Shown piece by piece: positions 50,801-60,601 of a stretch of DNA of 64,000 nucleotides. Numbering within the stretch: position 1 is the stretch's first letter; every line of letters begins with the position of its first letter. Location: positions 2,976,001 through 3,040,000 of the forward strand of contig OZ242180.1 in the NCBI GenBank assembly GCA_965205485.1, given 5' to 3'. The stretch comes from Candidatus Latescibacterota bacterium (GTDB lineage Bacteria; Latescibacterota; UBA2968; GCA-2709665). The position numbers were made by a program, and so were the translations under genes. The notes below the pieces were generated by a model. The model was given only the letters and a program-made list of their open reading frames with translations. It was not told the DNA's origin and searched no databases.

Positions 50801-51626
50801 GGAATACGCCGAGTCGCCATTTGACTTCTACTATACATTGGCTGACTTCAAAGGACCGGACGGCAATAGCGCTTTGGAGATCTACTACGGGATTCCGTGC
50901 GCCTCGACAAACTACCTGCCCGAACATAATGTCACGCAGGTGGCCGTCCGCCGGCAACTGGCGCTGCTCTCGCCCAATTCGGAAAAAGTCTACCGGAAGA
51001 CTGCAGAGATGTTTTACAAGCAGCCTGGTAATCGAACAGGCCCCGACGTGGTCCTCCCGGACGTGGTCAGACTGGAAGTGCCACCCGGCGTGTACAGGTT
51101 GGAAGTGAAGGCCAGGGACCGGATGACGGGTCGGCTTGGGATATACCGCCAGCAGGTCGTGGTCGAGTCCTACCATCGGGAGGGTCTCCGCGTGAGCGAC
51201 CTCGAGTTGGCGTACAGGGTCAGCGATGCCGCCGCCGATCCTGGAAAATTCGGAAAAAACGGTCTGAACGTGATACCGATGCCGTCCCGAACATTCGGGA
51301 CCGGGCAGAATGTGTTTGTCTATTACGAGATATACAACTTGAAGCGTGATGAGTTCGGCCAGACCCAGTACCGTGTCGAGTACACGATGGGGCCGAAGGC
51401 GGGCGGCGTACTGTCGAGGCTGGCGCAGACGCTTACGGGGAAGTCGAAAAAGCAGGGTGTGGCAATCGGATATGAACAACTTGGCGTGCAGGAGTCTGAA
51501 GTGGCATATACGGAACTGGAATTGGGAGAGGCACGATCGGGACGGCACTACCTGAACGTGAGGGTCACGGATTTAAACAGTGGAAGATCTTTCGAAAAGG
51601 AAACCACGTTTGTCGTTCAGAAATAA
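47877..51626 (+). CDS. large exported TPR + GWxTD-domain protein
   Basis: Signal peptide; partial propeller (APDGSRLA, WS); TPRs; FWNVRDPD..NERLLEHYRRV..WDRRGEVYIRFGDPD..WESWIY. Confidence 0.85.
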   Translation: MLRFLAITAAFLGLSTGASAVPPAVNSPEGDRVVWLIPSGKPMVLLTQIWMGRADGTMPIRTGIYLGPPGDVGFLPGGGLVYLERTLDHVAFGTTPLGRLTSDSRRQRRLPLARNRIWRIDASGESRWPLPGEMDPIDLAVAPDGSRLAVTDREGLWLVDAFGRARILVRGHVRGPLEWSQGADAVAAVVEGESSYVGMDGAEVPAWSSSSNQGGAKPPKPAQENEIDAAMLMVHQALNWWVRGHHAMHRGEYRSARDAYRESVSGFKEIRKTYTPLGLSRGSCQGYIDTIRRRIKNDEALKEAVCSERLLVVGDLIAEFNSARANETRAGLGGLLSWASAELKERRLDASSRARDLAQLRHLFQCPATDEPHMPEIGYFFRPAVHAAGPVLTCYWHRGRVQYLLGSPGGFAVEAQNIPRARVDSLFDLGVARLNRNEVDQAIFPLRVVAHQRPRNKDAHLKLGYAFLEDKYYRGAKWAFRKAAALPGNDPEPYYGLGLVLMELHNERYQAITYFRKALMRDRDFVDAQYKIALVRYMLNEHDVKPELDRVLKTDPEYADAYLLMGDWYANFMEDYEEAIVWYTRYLAMRPADQKVGRRLGHAYLRVKDYDRILEKVQAFTDEYPDAIELMPIVAQACAKRNKYDMAMGFFSTYISRLKQDQRALYDDIGLIASPEEIAEYEQTSGELRTAFLERFWNVRDPDIGTSVNERLLEHYRRVWYASLEFSDGKQPWDRRGEVYIRFGDPDHVTSSRNVNFRHPLPVLRVKERLARQLYGAEAIGASFMGPVFPLRNFALERDILGFESAAADLGIEGERDAFTGGDPDGSDSNLRQMTTSEGSRDGGSSSDRNDTERSSTAGTIGAAGDIGQSELASTVTGPLPSRINTEIFAGSGFSPVLSAGADHGSTPWESWIYLNIDGGIEITFTDEFNSQVFDFAPVPDAPDLGIEQVTKFRRFSPAMVFKQAVALTPDTFTPEYAESPFDFYYTLADFKGPDGNSALEIYYGIPCASTNYLPEHNVTQVAVRRQLALLSPNSEKVYRKTAEMFYKQPGNRTGPDVVLPDVVRLEVPPGVYRLEVKARDRMTGRLGIYRQQVVVESYHREGLRVSDLELAYRVSDAAADPGKFGKNGLNVIPMPSRTFGTGQNVFVYYEIYNLKRDEFGQTQYRVEYTMGPKAGGVLSRLAQTLTGKSKKQGVAIGYEQLGVQESEVAYTELELGEARSGRHYLNVRVTDLNSGRSFEKETTFVVQK

Positions 51627-51683
51627 CTCGTCGCCAGGAAGCGGACGAGGTACGGAAAGACGCCGGTGAAGGAGAATGGGCAC

Positions 51684-52826
51684 ATGACGCGTGTGTTACT
51701 CTATTTTCCACTCTTTTTCGTCCTTGCATTTAGCCCGGAGCGTGCGTGGGCGGAGAGGGTCACCATAGAAGACGTGGACTTCGACGGCAATGGAACCATC
51801 GATCTGACCGATTTTGTCCTGTTCGCACGGGCGTATCAGTCGGACGACCCGTTATACGATCTGGACGGCAGTCGCGCGGTGGACCTGCCCGACTTTGTGA
51901 TCTTCGCGTCATTTTTCGGACAGAACGTGGTCGATGGGCCGGTCATTCCGATCCTTAAGCATGTACTCCTCGAGGTCGCGGCCGGAGATTTCATCATGGG
52001 TACCAGTCAGGGAGGGTTGCCGCCGGACGGTCCGGAGCACGTCGTCTACCTGGACGCGTTCAAGATCGACAAGTACGAGGTGAACAACGCACAGTATATC
52101 GCCTTTCTGAACGACAGGAACCGGAACACCAGAACGGTGGGCCGCACGGCGCCCTGGCAGACGGACGAGGATATCGCGTACGAGAACGCGGTGAATCGCA
52201 ACCGGGACCCGGATGACAACGTGCTCTACAATCTGGAATCGAGAAGGGCCGACATCCGGATATCGATAGACGTTCTGGCCGGACGCGAAGGGGACGATGA
52301 TGAAGAAAGCGAGGACCTGGGGCGCACCATCAAGGATGAGTACGTGCTGAAGGCATTCTACCTCGCCAACCGGGCGGTGACGAACGTGACGTGGTACGGC
52401 GCAAAGGCGTACTGCGAATGGGCAGGAATGCGCCTTCCCACGGAAGCGGAGTGGGAGAAGGCGGCGCGAGGGACGGACGAGCGGCCCTACCCCTGGGGTA
52501 CGGCTACGCCCACTCCTGAACTCGCGAATATCGACCATTATGTAGGGCGTACGGTGGACGTGGACAGCCACCCGAAAGGCGTAAGCCCATACGGGGCGCA
52601 TCATATGTCAGGAAATGCCTGGGAATGGTGCGAGGACTGGTTCGACCCCTTTTATTATCGTGATTCTCCAAGAGAAAACCCCAAAGGCGGTGAGACGGGC
52701 GCAAACCGGGTATTGCGGGGAGGGTCGTGGGCATTCACTGACCTTGCCGACACGACGACTCGATGGTTTGAGCCGCCTTTTCTTGCGGATGAACAGGGTG
52801 GATTTCGTTGTGCGAGTGATTTCTGA
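51684..52826 (+). CDS. exported FGE/SUMF1-fold protein with N-terminal dockerin-like EF-hand pair
   Basis: [13 protein letters not shown] and [46 protein letters not shown]. Confidence 0.88.
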   Translation: MTRVLLYFPLFFVLAFSPERAWAERVTIEDVDFDGNGTIDLTDFVLFARAYQSDDPLYDLDGSRAVDLPDFVIFASFFGQNVVDGPVIPILKHVLLEVAAGDFIMGTSQGGLPPDGPEHVVYLDAFKIDKYEVNNAQYIAFLNDRNRNTRTVGRTAPWQTDEDIAYENAVNRNRDPDDNVLYNLESRRADIRISIDVLAGREGDDDEESEDLGRTIKDEYVLKAFYLANRAVTNVTWYGAKAYCEWAGMRLPTEAEWEKAARGTDERPYPWGTATPTPELANIDHYVGRTVDVDSHPKGVSPYGAHHMSGNAWEWCEDWFDPFYYRDSPRENPKGGETGANRVLRGGSWAFTDLADTTTRWFEPPFLADEQGGFRCASDF

Positions 52827-52914
52827 CGTTCCTGACGTGCGGCGGCAATCGACGCCGGTAATGGGAGGAACCGGAAGGCCGGTCAAAAGGGACCAGGTGT
52901 GAGGGTAAGCGAAG

Positions 52915-54157
52915 ATGCCGATTGGAACTGATGGTGTGTGGCGGTGCAGCAAATGGTTTGTCTTCGGATTGCTTGCCAGTTTTCTGACGGCGTGCGGTGA
53001 CGACAACCCGATTGAATCCGACGACGACGAGGAACCGGTTGCGCCGCCTTCGCTATGTTCGGATACGGTGGGGACGATATGCACCTGGGCGGGTACCGGT
53101 GACGCGGGTTGGGACGGCGACGGAAACGTATTGCTGCTGTCCACCTTCTACTGGCCGGTCGAAGTCATGGTCACGCACGAGGGCCGGGTCTACGTTCTGG
53201 ATTGGAACAACCATCGCGTGCGCCGTGCGGCCATAGGCGACAGCACGCTGGAGACGGCGATCGGCAGCGGGCTGATGGGCGACGGATCCTACGCGCAATC
53301 CGAGCGTATCCCGCCGGGTGCGCCCGGGAGATCCGTCAATCTGAGTCATCCCACCCATCTGGTGCAGCTTTCCGGCGGGGCCTATCTGCTCACGGCCTGG
53401 CGAAACCACAAGCTGCGGATTTTCGATCCCGTCAGTGGCAGGGTACGGGTATTTCTGGGTGACACGCCGGGGTTTTCCGGCGACGGCAGTGCCGCGGAGG
53501 ACGCTCTCCTGAACCATCCTTCGCAGACGGTGCTTGCTCCCGACAACACGCTCTATGTCCTGGATCAGCGCAACCTGCGGGTAAGGAAGATCGATGCCGG
53601 CAGCGTCATTACCACGGTGGTGGGAACGGGCACGGCCGGATTCAGCGGAGACGGCGGTCCTCCGCGTCTGGCGCAGCTGAACCTCCCTGCGGGCAACAAT
53701 CCGCGGCCGGCGGGCGGATTGGCTCTGGGGCCCGATGGAAATCTCTATATTTCCGACACGCTCAACCAGCGGATTCGGCGCGTGGACTTCGAAAGGGACC
53801 GGATCGACACCGTCGCGGGCACGGGCGCAGCCGGTTTCAGCGGGGACGGAGGTCCGGCCACGCAGGCGAACTTGAACAACCCGCGTGACCTTCAGTTCGG
53901 TCCCGATGGGCGGCTGTACATCGCCGATGAGATGAACCATCGCATCCGGGCGATCGATCTGGCTTCCGGAGTCATCGCGACGGTGGCCGGCAACGGGCAA
54001 CCGGGATTCAGCGGCGACGGCGGTCCGGCGCAGGTCCGCCACATTGAACCGGCCGGCCGGCGTCGCGTTTGATGAGGCAAACGGACTCCTCTACATAGCC
54101 GATACGTACAACCATCGTATCAGGCTGGTAACGCTCTCGGCATCGGGAAGTCCGTGA
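52915..54157 (+). pseudogene. NHL-repeat (teneurin-like) lipoprotein, frameshifted in the last repeat
   Basis: Lipobox LTAC; repeated GFSGDGG..A.LN.P..LYI.D..N.RIR; after about 54034 the repeat continues in another frame (SATLNRPAGVAFD..LYIADTYNHRIR) to TGA at 54157. Confidence 0.8.
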
Positions 54158-54181
54158 GAAGCACGGTACGAATAGACGCAC

Positions 54182-55678
54182 GTGGCTGATGGACTGGAGG
54201 CGAGGGGGACCATCTTGCCGGACCAACCCAATTTTCTGGTGATCATGTCGGACCAGCACAACCGCAGGTATATGGGTTGTGCCGGGGATCCAATCGCCCG
54301 AACGCCAAACCTGGATGCGCTGGCGGGGCGGGGCGTGCTCTTCGAAAATACCTATTGCGGTGCGCCGCTTTGCGTGCCGTCGCGGATGACTTTTCTTACG
54401 GGACGTAATGCGTCTGATATCGAGGTCTGGTCCAATGCCTGTTTTCTGAGGTCGGACATTCCCACCTTCGCACACGGTCTGGGGCTGGCGGGATACGCGA
54501 CGGTCCTTGGCGGCAGGATGCACTTTGTCGGACCGGACCAGCTTCACGGATTCGAAAAGCGCATCATTGGAGATGTATCGGGTCCGTTGCCGGGAGGTCC
54601 GGGTCCCGATCTGGGTCATATTCCCACAGGTACGACCGGGCAGTCCCGTCAATCGGTCGAGATTTCCGGACCGGGACGCACGGCCTACCAGGCTTACGAC
54701 GTGGCGGTGACCGAGGCCTGTTGTGAGTTCCTTGAGAGCCGCGACAGGACTGGCGCCGAGCGACCGTTTTGCCTCGTAACGGGCTATGTGCTGCCGCATT
54801 GCCCGTTTATCTGTCCCGGAGATTTATACGAGGAATATCACCATCGGGTGGAGCTTCCGGCCGTTCCCGAAAGCTACCTGGATGAGCTGCATCCGGCAAT
54901 GCGTCTCTGGCGCGAGAAGCGCGGGGTCAACGGATTGAGCGACGACGCGGTGCGGCGGGCACGCGCGGCCTACTACGGCCTCGTCACGTTCCTGGATGGT
55001 CTGATCGGACGGTTGCTGGAGACGCTGGCTTCAACGTCGTTCGCGGACAACACCGCGGTGATCTATCTCTCGGACCATGGGGAGATGGCAGGTGAACACG
55101 GGATGTGGTGGAAGAGCAGTTTTTACGAGGGATCCGCCGGCGTGCCGATGATTGCGTCGTTTCCGGGGCGATTCGAAGAGGGCCGGCGCGTGGACGCCGT
55201 GACAAGCCTGCTGGACGTCGGACCCACGCTGATTGACCTGGCCGGCGGAGATCCGCTGCCGGAGGTTGCCGGCCGCAGCCTGAGGTGTTTCCTTGAGGGC
55301 GACGGACGTGCGCCGGGTTGGTCGAATGAGGTGTTTTCCGAGAACTACAGCGGCGCCGACGAACCGCCGGGGCGGATGGTCCGCCGGGGACCATGGAAGT
55401 TGAACTACTACCATGGATTCGACGAACCGCAGTTGTTCAATTTAGACGACGATCCCCATGAATTCAACGACCTGGCGGGAGATACACGTTGTGCGGAAGT
55501 GAAGGGGGCGCTTCTGGATCGGGTCCGGGAGGGATGGCGCGGGGAAGCAATCGGGCCGACGCTGCGACGACGGGCCGAGGGGCGGCGGGTGTTGCGGCGA
55601 TGGGCCGGTGCGGTAGACCACGATCTGTCGGATTACTGGAAGGCGCCTCCGGGGTGTAACGTATTCCCTGAAGCATGA
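54182..55678 (+). CDS. Cys-type sulfatase (choline-sulfatase-like)
   Basis: PNFLVIMSDQH, LCVPSR, G.MH, PH.P, SDHGEM.GEHG, K..FYE; alternative TTG start at 54215. Confidence 0.93.
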   Translation: MADGLEARGTILPDQPNFLVIMSDQHNRRYMGCAGDPIARTPNLDALAGRGVLFENTYCGAPLCVPSRMTFLTGRNASDIEVWSNACFLRSDIPTFAHGLGLAGYATVLGGRMHFVGPDQLHGFEKRIIGDVSGPLPGGPGPDLGHIPTGTTGQSRQSVEISGPGRTAYQAYDVAVTEACCEFLESRDRTGAERPFCLVTGYVLPHCPFICPGDLYEEYHHRVELPAVPESYLDELHPAMRLWREKRGVNGLSDDAVRRARAAYYGLVTFLDGLIGRLLETLASTSFADNTAVIYLSDHGEMAGEHGMWWKSSFYEGSAGVPMIASFPGRFEEGRRVDAVTSLLDVGPTLIDLAGGDPLPEVAGRSLRCFLEGDGRAPGWSNEVFSENYSGADEPPGRMVRRGPWKLNYYHGFDEPQLFNLDDDPHEFNDLAGDTRCAEVKGALLDRVREGWRGEAIGPTLRRRAEGRRVLRRWAGAVDHDLSDYWKAPPGCNVFPEA

Positions 55679-55801
55679 GTTGCGGAACTCGCTGATTGAT
55701 CCACGGGCCCTGCCGGGAGGCTGTTTCAATGAATGCAGCGTGCCCGTGCAGGGCGGTTTTCTGCCGGTTGAACGACCTCGATCCCCCTTTTTCGCACCGT
55801 C

Positions 55802-55862
55802 ACCTTCTGTGCCTTTTGTGCTTTTTGTGGCAAATTATCGGTTGTCTTTTTTCGAACTGAGG
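55802..55862 (+). repeat. repeat family E, copy 2
   Basis: ACCTTCTGTGCCTTTTGTGCTTTTTGTGG...TCGGTTGTC.TTTTTCGAA.TGAGG. Confidence 0.7.
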
Positions 55863-56057
55863 TTAGCCTCAATCTGAAAAAAACAGCAACGCGGCGACAC
55901 GATAAAACCCTCCGAAACGGGGCGCTATCGACGTAAAGAAGGACGTTTATTCCCTTCACGTCCAGTGACCTGGTGTATCCTGATAATCAGCAGTCTAATC
56001 TCCTTTATTTACAATCACATATTCGAATTAACGTCCCCGAAGACTTACGAATCAAGG

Positions 56058-57788
56058 TTAGTCTTCCAAAACGGGCAGGACGACGTACGACGGCCGTTCT
56101 GCGTCGTGGAAGACGGTGTTGACGGCGACTTGGCCGGTGACTTCTTCGCCGAAGGGCCCGCCCGTGTTCAGGTTTCGATCGTATCGGGGGAAATCGCTGC
56201 TTGTGATCTCTATGCGCAGGCGGTGCCCGGATTGGAACACCTGTGCCGTGGCGGACATGTCGATCTCAAACCTGTAGATCCTGCCTGGCGTCAGCAACTC
56301 GGGGTGTTGCAGCGAGTCACGGAATCGCGCCCTGAGGATGCCGTCGCAGACGGGCATGGAACGACCGTCCGGCCAGACGTCGCACAGCCGGACCACCCAG
56401 TCCGTATCCGGGGCTGAGGACAGGGCGTGCAGGATGGCTTTGACGGGTCCGATGACGGTCAGGTCTCGCTTCAGTACCGCCGAAGTATAGGTGAGCATCC
56501 CTCCTTCAAGGTGCCGGTGGTCCACCGGACCCAGCGTGGGATAGAAGCGCAGCCCGGGCATGGGTTCGCTCGGATCGTACTCAAAGCTGTCTGGATGTTC
56601 GGCGCTATCGGGCGGATCGAAGGCCAGCCCGCCGTTGTTGAGCGAATTTTCGTCTTTGCCGGAACCCTCCCGCAAATACGCGGATCGGTACGTAATGCCC
56701 GGCGGCGGCCAGTCGTCCAGGTCCATCCACTGGTTATTTCCCATCAGGAAAATGCGTACCGGCGGACCGTCCATGGCTCCGTTGTCCATTCCCTTCAGCC
56801 AGTAATCGTACCACTGCAGACGGTGCGCGTTCATGTCGAACGCTGCCTGCGGGCCGAAGTCGAGTTCGCCGACCACACGCCTGGCGGCGTTGCCCGGACC
56901 GTGGATCCAGGGACCGATCAGCAATCGTTGGCCTTGCCGGCAAGCCCGTGTTCGACCGCTTTTTCGGGTTCCCTGGAAGGACTGCAGCGTACCGTCCAGG
57001 AAGACGTCGAACCACGCGCCGAAATGAAGCATGGGCGTGTCGATATCGCCGAATTTCGACGCGATGTTCGTGGGCCACCAGTAGGGACCGTCTTCGGGGT
57101 GGTCCAGGTATTCGAAGTACCAGTCGAGCAGACCCTCCAGGGGTGGGAATGACTTCAACGGAAGATGCTTTTCCCAGTCTTGGTATTCGTCCAATGCCGC
57201 TGCAAGGCGGGCCCTCGCGGCATCCACACCCGGTGGCGCGCTTTCGTGTTCCAACTGGGCCAGCAGCGTCTGCATCGCCCATTTCTGGAAGGGCAGTGAG
57301 AAGGCGCCGTAACGGTACCAGAAACCGCTGTAATAGTCTGCTCCGCCCTGCCGAACGTAGAGCGCCTTCAGGTGCGGCGGCCGGGTCGGGGCGACCATAT
57401 ACTGAGAGAATCCGGAATAGGAGCCGTCAGCCATACCCACGCGGCCATTGGACCACGATTGAACACCTGCCCATTCAATCGTGTCGTATCCGTCACGGTT
57501 GGCGCCCCAGCCGTCGTCCCGGAACGGTTGCCACTCGCCTTCGGAGGCAAACGTGCCTCGCACGTTCTGTCCGACGAAGACGTATCCCCGGCTCGCGAAG
57601 AACTCGCCGTTCGACGTGCAACGGCCGACGAGTTCGTACGCGACCCGTTCCACGATGACAGGATGTCGACCGCCGTCGTCGGGCCGGTAGACGTCGGCTG
57701 GCAGGACGACGCCGTCTCGCATTCTTATGGGTATATTGCGTTCTACGCGTACAGAATGTCGTGGTTCGGACAGCACTGTTTCAGGCAT
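56058..57788 (-). CDS. CocE/NonD family hydrolase (peptidase S15-like)
   Basis: MRDGV.L.ADVYRP, DGYDTIEW, GSYSG nucleophile elbow, GPWIH, SSDFPRYDRN. Confidence 0.94.
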   Translation of the reverse strand: MPETVLSEPRHSVRVERNIPIRMRDGVVLPADVYRPDDGGRHPVIVERVAYELVGRCTSNGEFFASRGYVFVGQNVRGTFASEGEWQPFRDDGWGANRDGYDTIEWAGVQSWSNGRVGMADGSYSGFSQYMVAPTRPPHLKALYVRQGGADYYSGFWYRYGAFSLPFQKWAMQTLLAQLEHESAPPGVDAARARLAAALDEYQDWEKHLPLKSFPPLEGLLDWYFEYLDHPEDGPYWWPTNIASKFGDIDTPMLHFGAWFDVFLDGTLQSFQGTRKSGRTRACRQGQRLLIGPWIHGPGNAARRVVGELDFGPQAAFDMNAHRLQWYDYWLKGMDNGAMDGPPVRIFLMGNNQWMDLDDWPPPGITYRSAYLREGSGKDENSLNNGGLAFDPPDSAEHPDSFEYDPSEPMPGLRFYPTLGPVDHRHLEGGMLTYTSAVLKRDLTVIGPVKAILHALSSAPDTDWVVRLCDVWPDGRSMPVCDGILRARFRDSLQHPELLTPGRIYRFEIDMSATAQVFQSGHRLRIEITSSDFPRYDRNLNTGGPFGEEVTGQVAVNTVFHDAERPSYVVLPVLED

Positions 57789-57852
57789 GAGTTTCTCCTG
57801 TTCGGGATTGCTTCGCTACCTGCAGGTCTGCCATCGGGATAGCAGCGAATCT

Positions 57853-59019
57853 TCATCGATGTTCAATATATCGACAGAAGCGATCCATTGCCGGTTCCAA
57901 TACGGATGGGTCCGACGCGCAGCAGAGCCGAACCGAACCTTCGCCGCCTGCGCCGAAAGCGATGCCTGGCGCAACCGATACCCTTCGTCGATTGAGCAGT
58001 TCAAGCGCGAACGCAAACGAATCGCTGACGCCCTCGATGCTGGGAAAGAGATAGAAGGCGCCCTCGGGCGGACTGACTGACACGCCCGCTATCGAATTCA
58101 AGGCATCGTAACAGTAAGAAATCCTCTTGTGATAGGTATCGACCATATCGTGAACATTCGACTCTCTGTGGCGAAGCGCAATCTCACCCGCCCGCTGAAC
58201 CATCGCGGGGGCGTGTGATACGATGAATTCGTTGAGTTGAGCGGCCCTGTCAACCAGGTCCGGGCGCGAGACCACCCAGCCCAGGCGCCACCCGGTCATT
58301 CGATAGGTCTTGGAGAAGGATTGCACGACGATTACGGCGTCGTTTCGGTCGCACAGCCGCAGAATGGACGGGGCGACGGGTCCGTTGTAGTAGATGTGCT
58401 CGTAGACTTCGTCCGCGAGAAGCCAGAGGTCGTTGCGGCGGCAGAAATCGAGAAGTTTCCGCTGTGCGTCTATCGAGGCGACCCAGCCCAGCGGGTTGGA
58501 TGGCGAAGTATAGGCGAGCAGCTTTGTTTTCGGGCCGAGTGCGGATGCCAGCGCGTCGAAGTCGATCGTGTGACGACCCCCGTCTTTGATAAACGGAATC
58601 TCAACGGCGTTGCCGCCAAAGAGGTTGACGATGGCTGCCGCATTGGGCCAATTCGGCGTGAGAATGATGGCTTCGTCACCAGGATCGATCACGCAGCGGA
58701 TTGAGACGTTCAGGGCCTGGACGCCCGATGCGGTAATGAGGATCTCGCCGGGCGCGAGGGTCACGCCGTGGATATCGGCGTATCTTTCGGCCAGGGCCTC
58801 CCGAAGTCCGGGCAGGCCGGCGTTTTCGGTATAAAACGTGTATCCTTCGTCCAATGCCTGAACGGCCGCGTCCTTGATGTATCGGGGCGTGGGCAGATCG
58901 GATTCGCCGAAGTGCATTTTGTAGACGCCGTCCATGCCGAAAGCGACGTCGGCCAGCTCGCGGATGCGCGACGGCTCGACGTTGGTTAGCGTTGCGGCTA
59001 AAGGGATTGTATGGGCCAT
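57853..59019 (-). CDS. class I/II PLP aminotransferase (AspAT-like)
   Basis: SPSNPLG, DEVYE, SFSKTYRMTGWRLG, PEGAFY. Confidence 0.93.
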   Translation of the reverse strand: MAHTIPLAATLTNVEPSRIRELADVAFGMDGVYKMHFGESDLPTPRYIKDAAVQALDEGYTFYTENAGLPGLREALAERYADIHGVTLAPGEILITASGVQALNVSIRCVIDPGDEAIILTPNWPNAAAIVNLFGGNAVEIPFIKDGGRHTIDFDALASALGPKTKLLAYTSPSNPLGWVASIDAQRKLLDFCRRNDLWLLADEVYEHIYYNGPVAPSILRLCDRNDAVIVVQSFSKTYRMTGWRLGWVVSRPDLVDRAAQLNEFIVSHAPAMVQRAGEIALRHRESNVHDMVDTYHKRISYCYDALNSIAGVSVSPPEGAFYLFPSIEGVSDSFAFALELLNRRRVSVAPGIAFGAGGEGSVRLCCASDPSVLEPAMDRFCRYIEHR

Positions 59020-59422
59020 GGCTCTTGGAAGGGTTGGAAGGTGTCCGGCTGCGCTTATGGGACTCGACCGGCTTATCGGCATTCCTTCGCAATGTCTGCT
59101 TGCATAGGATCGGGCTTCGCAGTATCATAACCTTCGCGCCGTGGCGTGAGCCCCGCTCAGTGTTCCGAAACGGAACGCCAGGCCAGGATTCCGTTTCAGG
59201 AAGGCAGGCGCGCGACGAACCTCAGCCGAAATCAGTAATGGCCATTCCTACAAAGAATCATGACAGCAGGTGACAAAGATAGGGAATCAAACGGGGGAAT
59301 TCAATCCCAGACCGGCGCCCTGCGTCGAAATGCGGGCCATGGAATCTCGCGAAAGGGAATCGCTGATCCGTGTCTGAGTCGGATACATTCACAATGGAAG
59401 CCATTCGGCGGGAGATGAGGGT

Positions 59423-60460
59423 ATGAGGGGCGTCGTCTATCTCGGAGAGAGCGAGGTGGAAGTCAGAGACTTTGATCGGCCGGAACCCGGGCCCGGTCAG
59501 GTGGTCATCGAAATGAAGGTCGCGGGGCTTTGTGGGAGCGATCTCCATAAGTACCACAGCAGCCGGGAGTGGGCGAAGGAGCGGAAGGGCATGATTTCCG
59601 GGCACGAACCGGCGGGGGTCGTGGCCGAGGTCGGAACGGACGTTGCAAATCTGTCCGAGGGCGACAGAGTCTGTGTCTATCACACGGTCGGGTGCAATCA
59701 TTGCGCGGTCTGTCTCTCCGGAACGCCGGTGTTCTGTCCGGAACAGGGCGCATTCGGCAGGACTCGCGACGGGTCCCACGCGGATTTCATGGTCACGGAG
59801 GCTCGGTACTGCATGCCGCTGCCCGATGGTGTCTCTTTTGCGGTCGGTACGCAACTTGCCTGTACCGCGGGGACGGCCTTTTCCGCCGTGAACAAGGTAT
59901 CGAAACGTCATGGAGATCCGCTTGTTGTGTTCGGGTTGGGTCCGGTGGGATTGACGACGCTTCTGATGGGCGAGGCGATGGGATACAGGACGCTGGGCGT
60001 GGACATAAATCGCTTCAGGATTGACCTCGCGGCCCGTATCGGCGGCGGGGTTGTGATCAACGCGGAAGAGAACGACCCGGTTGAGACAGTCAGGGATCTT
60101 ACTGGCGGACAAGGAGCGGCCGGGGTCGTGGAGTGCTCGGGGAGCGGCATCGCGCGCGCGCAGGCGGCGGCGGTCGCGGGTCTGCACGGAACGGTGGTCT
60201 ACGTGGGCGCGGGCGCGGCGTCGCTCGAGATCGATTTTGTGGATATCCTTCGAAAGGAGCTCACGCTCAGGGGCAATTCCGTGTATTCGATGGGCGCCTA
60301 TTTCGATGCCGTTGCTTTTCTGCAGACCCACCCGGTGCCGCTGGACGAGATTGTGACCCATCGTTTTCACATTGAACAGGCGAAAGAGGCATTTGAAATC
60401 TTCGATAGCGGAGAGACGGGAAAAGTGATCTTCGAATGGGAAGGCGGAGAAGGTTCGTAA
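59423..60460 (+). CDS. Zn-dependent medium-chain dehydrogenase
   Basis: CGSDLH, GHE, C..C..C..C, GLGPVG. Confidence 0.94.
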   Translation: MRGVVYLGESEVEVRDFDRPEPGPGQVVIEMKVAGLCGSDLHKYHSSREWAKERKGMISGHEPAGVVAEVGTDVANLSEGDRVCVYHTVGCNHCAVCLSGTPVFCPEQGAFGRTRDGSHADFMVTEARYCMPLPDGVSFAVGTQLACTAGTAFSAVNKVSKRHGDPLVVFGLGPVGLTTLLMGEAMGYRTLGVDINRFRIDLAARIGGGVVINAEENDPVETVRDLTGGQGAAGVVECSGSGIARAQAAAVAGLHGTVVYVGAGAASLEIDFVDILRKELTLRGNSVYSMGAYFDAVAFLQTHPVPLDEIVTHRFHIEQAKEAFEIFDSGETGKVIFEWEGGEGS

Positions 60461-60601
60461 GGACCGCTGTGCGGGGACATCCTGCAAGGGATTTTCCCCT
60501 GTGATGCATTAACGCACACGGATATCGAACTGTTGCGGGACCGCAGGCGGTTTGATCCATAGGAATTGGAGTCCGGTAGAGCAGAAATGGAGGAACGGAA
60601 A

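Noticed and set aside
51684..55678. FGE-fold protein as the maturase of the nearby sulfatase
   Set aside because: It lacks the catalytic cysteines and has a signal peptide, while the sulfatase appears cytoplasmic.
59100..59420. Hairpins in the divergent intergenic region (e.g. GAAACGGAA/TTCCGTTTC)
   Set aside because: Single copy with no recognisable motif; compatible with chance pairing or ordinary UTR structure.
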